A stretch of 63,099 nt of DNA, counting the filler, from Octopus bimaculoides (taxonomy: Eukaryota): assembly GCF_001194135.2 (NCBI RefSeq). It is 5 parts of 5 records of this genome, joined end to end, with 100 filler letters (N's around TTAATTAATTAA, not from the genome) between each part and the next. Parts side by side here need not be neighbours in the genome. Positions count along the whole stretch, not along the records: positions 31,213 to 51,370 come from NC_068988.1; positions 51,471 to 58,169 come from NC_068986.1; 3 more parts are not named here. The stretch is one strand, 5' to 3'. Under the pieces are notes generated by a model. The model saw only the letters and a program-made list of their open reading frames with translations, did not search any database and had not been told where the DNA came from. Shown here in pieces: positions 39,834 to 52,800 of the stretch; positions within the stretch are counted from its first letter, which is position 1; each line of letters opens with the position of its first letter. The position numbers and the translations under genes were made by a program.

Positions 39834-42800
39834 ACACATACACATACATGAAGCTATCATATTTCTCAAAGTTGCAATGTCAAAATTACTTGCCATAAAT
39901 ACGAACCAAAGACTCAAGCCTGGAGTTTAAATTATGTATAACAGCAGATTTTAGCAAATTGCATGCAGGCACAAATTGTTGATTTAAATAAAACAACAAA
40001 AAAATAGAACACTGATTAAATACTACACCAATTTCACTCTAGTATCATTCCATCTAGATATATACGTGAGTGTGGTCGCCTGTACGTTCCTTTGATTACT
40101 CCACATACATCCAGAGATCGTAGAATCGCTAGAACATGTCATTTAAATACCACCGAAGTCAATTTTACTTTTCGTCCTACCATAAAGTACCACGCAAGTA
40201 GATGGTATCGAGTAATTGCTAGCATAATGTCTAAAAAAGAAAACTTTTTCTTTTTCAATTCTCCTTTAGCCTGATTTTCTTAAAATGATAGACAGGGAGT
40301 TCAAACGTTTGTGACAGCGAATTTAATCATTTTTGCGTCCAAGTGAGACACACAAAAAAAAAACGGACAAAGAAAACGTGAATGAAAGATGAATGGTGAT
40401 GTTACCGATAATATCTTGGAAGAAATTTCAATTAAAATCGACACATAAATTAATTATACACGAGTGAATTTATTGTGTACTGACTCTTTCAAATGTAAAT
40501 TGTTTGTGTGTTAAGTAAATAAACTTTTTTCAAAGATAGAGCATCTACCATATTCCTGAGATTTGTTTTCTCATCTTCTCTAAAGATAATTTCATCTGCA
40601 CATTATATTTCCATTCAATAATGAAATGTCACTCAGTGCATTTATGCACACTAATTCCAATGATTCCTTTGTGAGGTGCATTTAGTATATTCATTGAACA
40701 AAGCTTAAAAAAAAATTAAAAGAACACAACAATATATATTTATAATTCATTTATTGATTACTTAGAAGACAAATAAGAAACAGCAGTGGTTGATTCAAAA
40801 ATATTGTGAAAGTTAGATTTGAAAGATTGTGAGTGATTCTTTCAATCCTAGCAGCATATACATAGAAATAAAATTAGCAACTCAGTTTTTTTTCTAAGTC
40901 AGTAAAATTTCAACATACGTATCCATATACATTTTCACTTATATTTGTGCTTGCATATTTTACTCATGTGCATATGTGTGTGCATATAATACTGTAAGTG
41001 CATAGGTGTGTTCCATACGTTTGTTCTTACATGTGTTAAGATTGATAGAGAGATTACTCAGGTTAGGGGAAAGGAGAGTAGAGAAAGTGTAGATGATAAA
41101 TCAACAGTTTCGAGCAGTTTGTGCACTGGATTTTTTTCCTTTTTCAATACAATGTTGTATGAGGTTTCTATAAGCAAAGCAAATATGTATTCGGAATCTA
41201 GTGAACATAGGAGACAAAATATCATACTGAACGCATTTGAATATAGAAGAGAGACGCACACATAAGTAGATCTGATACATAAATACATAACTATTATAAG
41301 CATGGGAATATAGTTAAATATATATACCCCATACATAAATACATATATACATACACACACACACACATACACACACACACATATATATGTGTGTGTGTGT
41401 GTGTGTATAACTTGGATGACACATGTCCTATAAAAGGACATAAATCGTAGTAGATGAAAATCTGCCTATATCACGTAATTTCAGTGTACTACACTTCTTC
41501 AGTCCCAGGTTTCTGGTAACTCAATAACAGCTAAAACGCCATAGGAAATAGTGTAACAGTGTTCTTTCAGTCATTGGTGTTGCACATAGCAACCAAGTTT
41601 CTTGATTATGATTATTAGCGACAGATTTGCAACATCAGTGATCGAAAAGCTTAACTTACTCTATATACTGTGGCAGCGAGATTTAGCTGGTATGCGATCA
41701 ACGCACGGACACCTGCCTCTGAAGACGCACAGTACAATGTGCACTATAGTACCATTGTGGAAAATTTTATTCTGCTGCTGTATATCTTTATATTTGTAGA
41801 TCTATGCAGCTTGCGTCGGTAACAGAGTACATCGTATGACAAATAGCACAGCTTTCGGTTTTCAAACAAGTCAAGTCAGACAAAATGATTGCCTATTTCA
41901 TAGTAATATTACTACAGCCGGTAATAATTATGTATTTGTATGTGGCTGTGTGGTAAGTAGTTTGCTTACCAACCACGTGGTTCCGGGTTCAGTACTACTG
42001 CTCAGAATCTTGGGGAAGTGACTTCTACTATAACATCAGGCTGATCAAAGACTTGTGAATGGATTTGGTTGACGGAAATTGAAAAAAGCCCGTCGTATAT
42101 ATATGTATATCGTTGTGTATATGGTGTTTCACCCCCCCCCCACCACCACCACCATCACTTGACAACTGATGTTGGATTGTTTGCGTTCCCGTAACATAGA
42201 GGTTCAGCAAAAGAGACCGATAGCATAAGTACTAGGCTCACAAAATGTAAGTCCTGGGGTCGGTTTGCTCGAATAAAGGCACTGCTACAGCATGGCCACA
42301 GTCAAATGACTGAAACAATTTATATAAGTTTGTATGTATGGAAGAATAAACATTGTTTATCATTTCCCTTTCGAGAAAATTTATTAAAATGTGTTTTACA
42401 TATTTATTCATCACTCTACCATGTCTCTCCGTCTCTCTTCCACAAAGTATGTGTCTTTCCTTACATGTAAATATGTGTGTCCGTTTGTGTGAGTGTCTCC
42501 TCTCTGTGTGAATGTGAGTGTGTCGTGTGTGTGCATGTGTGTGTTTGTTCATTCTTGTGTGTGTGTGTTTGTGTGTGTGTATTTTCTTGACCTACCATAA
42601 TTCGTATTCCATCTGTACTAAATACATACAAACATATTTTCTCATGTTATAGTCTGGTGATACATCAGTATAACGTTGAAGACTAAAATGAATGAATCGT
42701 TCTGCTAAACATACTAATTTTGATGCTCTACGATTGTTTTCATATCAGTGATGTAAATTCTTAGAAAGTAAGACAGTAAATTTAATTTATCCAGATGGCA

Positions 42801-44648
42801 AGTGCATTAGAGACATGTATTTCCTAAATTGAATTCATATCTAAAGTTTTTCAATCACCATCGCTATCGTCATCATCTTCATCGTCATCATCATTTTCTT
42901 TCTCTGTTCATTACCAACATCCTATGGAAATACACAACATTTCCTTCATAACATGGCTTTATTTATTTCTTTCAAGAAAATTGTGTATATAAGTTTCTTT
43001 AACATCTGCGGAAACTGTTTAAGTTTTCTTTCATTTACGTAAATATATTCTTTTATAAATTTGTGGGTGGTTTCATTTCATATCACCAAGTTACTTCCTG
43101 TATTTACATAATTATAAGTTGCATAATTCATTCGCAGAAAAATAATACCGGAAAAATAATAAAATCAACAAAATATTAAATAAATATACCATTAAAATTC
43201 TTACAAGGCGCATTGGTCACTATCTTAGTCGTACATTTTTCTTTATTTTACTCTATCAAGCCATCTCTTCTGCACTTTCCCTCTCTCAGCCTGTATACTT
43301 GCTTAGACTTAACCCTCCTTCCTCCATTTCTTCTCCGACTAATGTTACACAGGAAGCAGATTTATATGATTTAGTTTGCAATGAATAAAGAAGAAATTCC
43401 AGAGCGGGCGAGGTTGGTAGGTCACGTAGACAAGTGTGTGCACTCGTTGCCAATATGGTTCATTTAGTGTTTAACATGAGCGCTCCAATTCAATTGCTGT
43501 TGTTAGAATGAAAATAAAGTAATTTGGAAAGAAAAGACAAATCAAATATATAATAAGGCGATTGGAAATGAATAAAAGAAAGGAAATAAGAATAGGCGAA
43601 ATAATGAATGGATAACTGAATGAAAGAATAAATGAATAAATAAATCTAAGGAAATAAATGATTTGAATGCTACTACGAAATATAAATTGATTTGTTGTTC
43701 GGGTTTACAGATGAATATTTAACCTATATTCAGAAATCTTTGTAGAATTGTTGGTGAAGGAAGAAACCTAAAATTGATCTCGAGAGAAATAGTGAAGTAA
43801 TGTATATATGTGAGAATATGTGCGTAGACGTAAATGTTTTGAGTAATTGTGCATGGCAGTCTACGTATGTACGTGTACGTTTGTTGTATAAATATATTTA
43901 TTCTTATTGTAATATATAGTCTACACATATGCATGAGTAAGAAAAGTCCAGACATCATATTGTATTTAAACGTTTAAACGAGGAGTCTAGAGTGATATTG
44001 TAATGGAGAAACAAACATAGAAAAGCAGAGAGAAATTCCTACGAAAGTGACAAAAAGAAAATTTAACTCTTTTCCTGTTCGATAGATATTAAGCAGAATA
44101 GCATGACTCTAAACTACGTGAGTGTATTGTTAGTAATCGAGAAGCGATGTGCGGAGATAATGAATATGGTGAGAAATGTGTGAACATAAATGAACAATTC
44201 AACAAAGAACTGGAGGTGGAATTAGTTATTTTCTTTCAGAAATTTGGTAAGAAAACAAAATCATAGCAAAATATAAAACCGATTGTTTTATAGATATCTC
44301 AGCTAGACGCAAATCAAATATAACAAATTGTAGTCGGTTCTAGTCATCTTTAAGTTCAGTTCAAACAATCAATTTTAGATGTAAAATTCAGGAGAGCTAT
44401 ATACTGATATCTTCTTTTTTACATGTATATAAAAAAAAAAAAACTAGTTACAAAAATCTGGAGATGTAGCAAAGAAACTACTCGTACGCTGATTGTATTC
44501 AGTTACTACTTAATGGCGGAGCATTATACATATCAATCTATATAATTACATATACAATGCAAGCTACTGCAATATTTAATCGATCCAAGCTTTAAGTAAA
44601 ATGTTATGAGATAGATAGATAAATAGATGGAGAGATAGATATAGAGAG

Positions 44649-44703
<55 letters not shown>

Positions 44704-45758
44704 AACTGCATACAATATACTCAGATCTATTAATAACAAATTACTGTTAACAAATTCCAGTTCTTTATGGATTTGATTGATTATTGGTGATATAAAATTT
44801 TGTTAAGAGTAAGAATACCTGTAAACCTACTTTTAAAAGTGGTCTGTTATATTATAATTTTAGGGTATTAGCTGACATTCTTTCAAAAATTCTCTTTAGT
44901 TTTCATATATGTGTTCCATTATTCCATGGTACAATCTGATGTACATAAAGAATATTAAGTGGATTTACATAGACTATTAATTTGGTATGATGAATGGAGC
45001 GATTTAAACTTTAAATATCATGGGTAATACAATTTTTCATTGTAATATATCTACACCTATTCTCTTAAATTTTATATTTCCAGAAAGGTTTTCTATACGT
45101 AGGTTTCAACATTATGCACATTAATATAATATAAAGGTAAAGTTGTCTGTGAGATTCGTTTACAAATATTGCCACGTTTTTCTTTTCCTTTTGTTTTTTT
45201 TTTCATTGTTATATATTTTCATTTCAAGTTGATATATATGGAACAGAAAGGTGAACAATTTCAGCCTTGGCCTATTATGCAGTTGATATGAGCACTGGGA
45301 TTTATGTAAATGTCCTATCCAGCAGCTTATAAGAACTATTTTGGATGTAATCCGCATACGTCGGCCTCCCACAGAGTCAGCAATGTTGTGTAATAAAAGA
45401 TTAAAACTATAGTGCGTTTTAGTACAAGTAATAACATATCTGTTATGACTTTATCTTTTTCGATAAATAAGATAATGTAATAAAATAAAAGCCTTTAATT
45501 GTTCCAATGTTCGAGCCTGTTTCAGTGAAAAAGGTTTCATTGGAAATTAGAAAATAGTCATGTTGCCAACATAAAATGTTTCCTGCAATCAATTCAGCGA
45601 TGATTGCACGAACTTGTCAAAAATGGCGATATTTTCTTTCTGTTTTCTTCATGCATATGAGTATTAGTAATATGTATATACGATTCAGTATGTCTTCGGA
45701 ATCGCATATTTTCCTTATTTACATCGGACGAATATTTGTCCTCATCTTGTTTGTTGTT

Positions 45759-45804
45759 AACACAACGTTTCGGCTGATATACCCTCCAGCCTTCATCAGG
45801 TGTC
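45759..45804 (-). ncRNA. Minimal type I hammerhead ribozyme motif with intact core, Penelope pseudo-LTR type
   Basis: Minus strand GACAC-CUGAUGA-A-GGCUG-gaggguauau-CAGCC-GAAA-C-GUU-GUGUU. Stem I is GACAC/GUGUU, stem II has 5 bp, helix III is reduced to the palindrome AACGUU, and the cleavage triplet is GUU. Confidence 0.6.
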
Positions 45805-45857
45805 TTGGGGAAATTTCGAATCTGGGTTCTCATTCTCTAGGTTCGAAGTTTCTCCAA

Positions 45858-45903
45858 GACACCTGATGAATGCTGGAGGGTATATCAGCCGAGACGTTGT
45901 GTT
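45858..45903 (+). ncRNA. Second, mutated hammerhead motif (inverted copy)
   Basis: GACAC-CTGATGA-A-TGCTG...CAGCC-GAGA-CGTT-GTGTT carries a core GAAA to GAGA change and a mismatch at the base of stem II. Confidence 0.45.
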
Positions 45904-47320
45904 AACAACAAACAAGATGAGGACAAATATCCGTCAAATGTAAATAATGTATATAATTCGTCATCTCTTAAATATAGAACTGTACTGCATATTTTGTTAT
46001 GTATTATATTTTCATGAATGAAATATATATGTGTGTGTCTGCATACTCTACAAAATTCCTCCATATGTTACACAGCAGATCTGTTATAGTAATTATTGTA
46101 TCATATAAAGTAGGACGTATTAAAGAAGCTTCTAGTTTTTCGTTACTGAAGATTTGCTTTGTCAATTCATCTTGAAACGTTAAATTTTGCACACCATATA
46201 CGTGGTGGCCTGCATCCAACGATTATATAGTAGTTAAATTAATTTACTATTGTTATTAATCCGTAACGAAACGGTTTACGTCAGCCTGTATCTTGCATAT
46301 CCTCCACCTACAAGCTAATCATATACTTAATTGGTCTTCCACACTTTCGGTATTATGATGAGAAGCCGTTCTTTATCAACAGTTGGGAGGAAGGAGTTTT
46401 GCATTGATATAAAAGCAGGACAGTATTGGATCGTTGTGAGTTCTGACACAAAAATACAAATTCTGCATTCGAGAAAACTGCTCACAAAGGCAGGTCAATG
46501 TTTTTCAACATGCATGCCCATTCTTGTTCGCCTTCAAACATAAGCCAACTTGATATTTTGCAAATGTTGAGAGACAAATATCCTGCTTCATTTATTTTCC
46601 TGTTTCTACCACTGTGATAGCGTATGTCATTCTAAACTAGCAGCAAACGTATCACATAATTTACAACAATCCAATACGGCTTCTAAGTGGCATGCAACTA
46701 AATCCGCTCGGGTTCAATACAAAATGAAGATTGAAGAATTTATTTATTGAGTCCTTCACGTTATTTCATATTATTTGAAAGCTCAGCCTGTTCCAGCTCC
46801 CCTGCTATAAATCGAAAGCAATCAAACTCATCTTCACAGGGAGTCAACAGCGTAAATTATCTGAAAGTATCACAGAAGATTTATGTTTTTGTCTATCGAA
46901 CAATAAACTAAATTTTATATTCCACGAATTACAGTCTGTTTGATTACTAAACATTTAATTAAGCGATATAGTGTTGAGTATTATCAAGCTATTTGCTGTA
47001 CGAACGCTTGTATATACGTGTGTGTGTGTGTGTATGTCTATATGTGTTTGTGTGTGCGCGTGCGCGCTTGCATTGATATAAGCATAAATACATTTGATGA
47101 AGCTATAGGATGTTACCCAAAGATTGAACTATCAGTCTACCACATCTTAAAGCAGAAACAACTGTAAGCTAATGAAGTTCATTACATAACATTTTTGTTT
47201 TTTCGGTGACATCTTTTTATTTCTCAACTAATATTGCGTTCCGGACCATATGTATACTAAGTTCTACACCAGATTATTAGCCTCGCTATGCCTAAGCGAA
47301 ATATTAATATATATTCATTC

Positions 47321-47354
<34 letters not shown>

Positions 47355-49634
47355 AAATATATATGTATATATNNNNNNNNNNNNNNNNNNNNNNNNNNNN
47401 NNNNNNNNNNNNNNNNNNNNNNNNNNNNNNNNATATATATATATATATATATATATGCGTTGCAGAAGTGTGCTAAGTCTATTACAGGCATGCTGATATC
47501 TAGTTACGGTGGATTACATATGTAACTGAAAATCAACTCCCATTGATGGCGAATTGATTTTCATCTGTCAAGGGTCGATAAAATGCAGTATCAGGAAAAT
47601 AATAGCAACGATAATATTCAGTACATCCTTATTACAACATCTTAGTTCTTTTGTTTAAGTAAGTAGTAATCCAATCGTAAGGAATAGGAATGATAGAAAT
47701 TTAAACTCCACCCAACAAACAAGTTTTAGTTTAACATATCGAGAGTGAAAAACAATAAATTAGAAATTATTTTAACCTCGAAACGCATTAAACCAGAATA
47801 TTCAAATTAATTTTTTCAAGCAGTTTCTTTTGAATAAAATGCTTGTGGCACAATGATAAAAGGAATGTCGTCCCTTCAGACCTTTTCAAAGAGTTTCATT
47901 TAAGAAGGAGTGGAATCTTTAAGACCATATTGTAAACGTAGTAATGAAGTTTGTGAAAAAAAGATGGTTACAGTTAATGATGCACAAAAGTCACTTTGTG
48001 GTGTCAAACCAAATGATTGTTGTCGTCTATTAAGCAGGAACTTGTAGTCGTAAATGAAATTCCTGACAGTTTCTTTAGAGAAATTCATTCAACAGTGTTT
48101 ATTTTACCAACATTATGGTAAAATCATACTTGTTTAATATCGGTGCGTTAGGAACATGCTCGTAAAGACACCGTTCTTTTTAATCACAATATCACAATAG
48201 CACACGGTGCCGACAAGACTATAATAACAACGAGGCCAAGCTCCTTTAATTGCACAGACAATTCCGTGACATGTAACTTCACAAACGACTATTCTAATTA
48301 ATGTACACCTAGGAAAGGAATTAGTTAATATATTGACTGTTTAACTGAAATATTTAAACATCTCTTATCACACTTAGAATATTCTCTTATTAATGGCTTC
48401 TCTTATTTAAATTTCTTAGGTGAAGTGTCAATGCTTCTGATAAACCAATTTAATTTAATTTTCATTGCATTCCCACCTTATCAGTGCAGTATGGTCTCAC
48501 ATTGCGCTGCGTTAATTCGTATGTATAGAACTTTACTATCAAGTGCGTGCATTCATGTATATGTAAAATAAATGAAGGTTCGACATCGACGTATGCAGAG
48601 ACATAAACTCACAATAATATATATATATATATCTACATATACACACACACGGATTTACATATGATATCTATACTAGATATAAGTTATATTTATATCATGC
48701 ATGTGTGTGTATGTAAACATGTATACACATATGTAGATATGTGCGTATATATCTATATGTATATTTGTATATATATATATATATATATNNNNNNNNNNNN
48801 NNNNNNNNNNNNNNNNNNNNNNNNNNNNNNNNNNNNNNNNNNNNNNNNNNNNNNNNNNNNNNNNNNNNNNNNNNNNNNNNNNNNNNNNNNNNNNNNNNNN
48901 NNNNNNNNNNNNNNNNNNNNNNNNNNNNNNNNNNNNNNNNNNNNNNNNNNNNNNNNNNNNNNNNNNNNNNNNNNNNNNNNNNNNNNNNNNNNNNNNNNNN
49001 NNNNNNNNNNNNNNNNNNNNNNNNNNNNNNNNNNNNNNNNNNNNNNNNNNNNNNNNNNNNNNNNNNNNNNNNNNNNNNNNNNNNNNNNNNNNNNNNNNNN
49101 NNNNNNNNNNNNNNNNNNNNNNNNNNNNNNNNNNNNNNNNNNNNNNNNNNNNNNNNNNNNNNNNNNNNNNNNNNNNNNNNNNNNNNNNNNNNNNNNNNNN
49201 NNNNNNNNNNNNNNNNNNNNNNNNNNNNNNNNNNNNNNNNNNNNNNNNNNNNNNNNNNNNNNNNNNNNNNNNNNNNNNNNNNNNNNNNNNNNNNNNNNNN
49301 NNNNNNNNNNNNNNNNNNNNNNNNNNNNNNNNNNNNNNNNNNNNNNNNNNNNNNNNNNNNNNNNNNNNNNNNNNNNNNNNNNNNNNNNNNNNNNNNNNNN
49401 NNNNNNNNNNNNNNNNNNNNNNNNNNNNNNNNNNNNNNNNNNNNNNNNNNNNNNNNNNNNNNNNNNNNNNNNNNNNNNNNNNNNNNNNNNNNNNNNNNNN
49501 NNNNNNNNNNNNNNNNNNNNNNNNNNNNNNNNNNNNNNNNNNNNNNNNNNNNNNNNNNNNNNNNNNNNNNNNNNNNNNNNNCATATACTCAAATGAATAA
49601 TAACATAAGATCGATAATTGTCAGCTCATTACAG

Positions 49635-49865
49635 CTGTTTCTCACGCATCTTTTTCATAGAAGAATGAGAACATTACTGCATTACAAAAAACCTTAATCG
49701 TTTGATGAAGCATAATTTTCCAAGCAAAAGAATATCCCAAGAATACAGCAGGGACGTGGCTGAAGTCTGTTGAGGCCATCTATGCAATGTTTCATCGAAC
49801 GATTACGGTTTTTTGTAATGCAGTAATGTTCTCATTCTTCTATTAAAAAGATGCGTAAGAAACAG
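49635..49865. repeat. Inverted repeat with 79-bp arms (5 mismatches) and a 73-nt spacer
   Basis: ctgtttctcacgcatc...gatgaagcat (49635-49713) versus atgtttcatc...gtaagaaacag (49787-49865). Confidence 0.9.
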
Positions 49866-49948
49866 ACCAAACATTTATCCATCGTATGTTATTATTCACA
49901 TGATTATAATACACTGAGGAGACTTACGACTTGTCGGATAACCTAGAA

Positions 49949-50260
49949 CAGGGATTCGCAACCATCGTTTATCTATGTACCCCTTTGATTACGATTTTAT
50001 TCTGGTGGACCTCCAAAGCAAAATTCCTATTTTGCTTTTCACACGTTAGCTTGCGTAGCTTGAACCATGTAAAATGCTTGAGTAAGAATCCTAGCTGGTT
50101 CTTGCAATGCATACCAATACATACAAACATCTAAAGCAAAAAATTTTCAGGAGCCCCTCAAGATCTATTGTGTTTTCCCCAATCTATATTGTTACGTAGA
50201 ACCCTTCAAACTTCTAATGTCGACTCTCAGGAGCATATGGATACTACTTGAGAACCACTA
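49949..50260. mobile_element. hAT-derived MITE
   Basis: Ends CAGGGATTCGCAA... and ...TTGAGAACCACTA are degenerate CAGTGGTTCTCAA TIRs. Flanking 8-mers acctagaa and ccctagag match at 6 of 8 positions with a central TA. Confidence 0.6.
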
Positions 50261-50532
50261 CCCTAGAGTATACAAAGAACGTAATATTCAACGTAACGCG
50301 TGCTTTGACAAGCCCCAGGGCATATAATAATCATAGGAATGGTTTTCTTTGTGTACACAACCGGAATATCCTATTTGATACTTATGAACTATAGGGTGGA
50401 ACCAGGAACCACACGTTTATCCAACCCTACCCGGTGCATATCATTGCATGTACCTGATCCTATCTGATCCGTCATGTTACAATGCATATATACACATACA
50501 TATAAACATACACAAACACATGCACACGCACA

Positions 50533-50596
<64 letters not shown>

Positions 50597-50993
50597 AGTT
50601 TAAAATTAATGTAAGCTATATATATATATATATATTATCGAGCACGTACTCTTCCGGGCAAATATGCAAACGTAAACAGCTACAATCATATATTTTTGAA
50701 TAGATGCACAATACTAACACAATTACATACTTGTTCTTAAAGGATAAATTTACAAATGTTTTCTCATAAATGCTTTTGTACTGTAGGTTCGTTTCTCTTT
50801 TTTCGGCCTTCTATCAAATCCTCTGCAGTGCAAGTTCCTAAGAAAGGAAGCAATGTTATTATCGATTGGAATATAAAAACAATTTGTATTTTCTCAATGA
50901 AAGAAATATGCAACTATATTTAAATAGAATTCATTACCGTTGAATCTTAACTTCAGTGGTGAGTAACATGAGAATATTATTATTATTATTATT

Positions 50994-51370
50994 CAGTAGT
51001 TTTATTTTTATTTTTATAACGTGCTTTCACTTCACTACCGAGCGCAGCTCTGTGCGCCTTGGGTATGTGCTGTGGTTTGCTGTGGTGCTCTTATGTTTAC
51101 TGTATTGAAAGTGTTTTGCGTAGAATGTGTGCAGTACCCAGTAGTGCAATTTTCTGTATGTTATATATATTTGTAAGTCCTGGTGTTTTTGTTATGTATT
51201 TGTCTGAATATTTTTTTATTATACCTAAGGCACCTACTATGATAGGAATTGTTTCTGTTTTTAGATTCCACATTCGAGTTATCTCTATTTCCAGGTCTTT
51301 GTATTTTGAAAGTTTTTCCATTTCTTTTAGAGAAACGTTGTCATCTGCTGGCATTGAAACATCAATTAGA
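50994..51370 (-). mobile_element. 3' end of a second R4/Dong-clade retrotransposon subfamily
   Basis: Minus ORF 51354-51097 reads PADDNVSLKEMEKLSKYKDLEIEITRMWNLKTETIPIIVGALG...IQKIALLGTAHILRKTLSIQ*. A short 3' UTR ends at (AAT)6 on the element strand (50976-50993). The 5' side is cut by the spacer. Confidence 0.85.
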
Positions 51371-51470
51371 NNNNNNNNNNNNNNNNNNNNNNNNNNNNNN
51401 NNNNNNNNNNNNNNTTAATTAATTAANNNNNNNNNNNNNNNNNNNNNNNNNNNNNNNNNNNNNNNNNNNN
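51371..51470. other. Artificial 100-bp spacer
   Basis: 44 N + TTAATTAATTAA (51415-51426) + 44 N. Confidence 0.95.
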
Positions 51471-51525
<55 letters not shown>

Positions 51526-51539
51526 CTTACATATAACCT

Positions 51540-52800
51540 TTTTAATTCATGCTCAGCTTATATAAGGTAATGCCGGTATCTCGATAACTTAAAATAGTTC
51601 AATTTAATCAAATCATTATATAGTTAACATGTTCTTTAACCTCAGTTGCTCCCTTATTAAATACCAGTTAAATCCAATTGATCAATCTCCAAAGAAACCA
51701 TCTACTAAGTTAATATTTAGATAAGTGGTAAGTAAATAAATATTAAACTATTTCTTTGAAATTTTCTTTTCCTCCCTCTATTGTGGTAAAAAATTGGTAT
51801 ATACTCAAAATATTCAAAGCAGTTTTATCCTTTTGTTAAAAGTTCATTCTTAATAATCTTCTTGATTACCCTAAATTTTAACTTTATACAATAAGACATT
51901 ACTGTTTGAAATGATCTTTAGAAATTACTTAATTTATCCCTTTCTTAAATGGCTCTACCCTCCTGATCTTAGTATTTGTACGGGCCTTTATATAAATAAC
52001 CCCTCTAAACAAGTAGCACTAAGAAACTATACATATCGTGTAGGGAGTAAGAATAATAACTTCTTAAACCTATAATATAACCCTTAGTTTTTTAAAAAAA
52101 GAAGATTAGTGTAAAATATAAATGTTCCGTAACTTAAATATTCCTTTAGATAATACCAGGTATCAGTTTTTTATTGATATTTGCTAAATAAGTAAATGTA
52201 TAATTTTTTGTCTAATATATTTTAAATTATTATACTTTTTCTATAAATCTTCTCTATTGTTGTTAATAAGCTTCATATACTTTACCATAGTATTAGTAAT
52301 TAAGCTATTTTATTCCTTTTCTATGGTGTTCTGCCCTACTTGACTATTTTATTTCTTTATTATTTTATAATTAGCCTTTATTTATTTATAAAATTAATCA
52401 AATTTTTGTATCTCTATAAATTCCTACTTAGATAATATAAAACTATACTGGTATATTCACAACATATAAAAAAAAACTGCTTAGGTTATAATTTCATTAA
52501 TATATAATTAGTATGTTATTTTACCTCAATACTCCTTTATTAATATCAGTATATACCAATTAATCAATATCAACAGATACCATCTGATGAGTTAGTATTT
52601 AAGTGTACAATATGTATAAATATTAAACTATTTCTGGATAATTTCTTTTCCTCCCTCTATTGTGGTAAAAGTTTGGTATGTACTCTAAAGTATTCATAAA
52701 TTTCTATCCTCTGGTTAATATATTCTTCTTAATACCCTTCAGAATAGCCATATACTTTAACTGTATACAATATAGCAACATTGGTTAAAACATTTAATTA
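51540..52800. repeat. Diverged tandem duplication with 879-bp period, AT-rich, origin unknown
   Basis: cctccctctattgtggtaaaa occurs at 51771 and 52650. Homology extends about 150-200 nt each side at roughly 65-75% identity by eye. Confidence 0.8.

Larger units (their letters stand above)
45715..45947. repeat. Inverted repeat with ~106-bp arms and a 21-nt spacer, probably inverted Penelope-like pseudo-LTR fragments
   Basis: 45715-45820 is the near-perfect reverse complement of 45842-45947. Confidence 0.9.

Noticed and set aside
44240-44246. 7-nt microexon-like pattern (ttttctttcag|AAATTTG|gtaaga)
   Set aside because: Expected by chance in AT-rich DNA. There is no gene context in segment B and it is not frame-preserving.
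46290-46700. Coding-looking stretch (ORF 46331-46543) in segment B
   Set aside because: No recognisable domain or splice signals; probably an unidentifiable transposon remnant.
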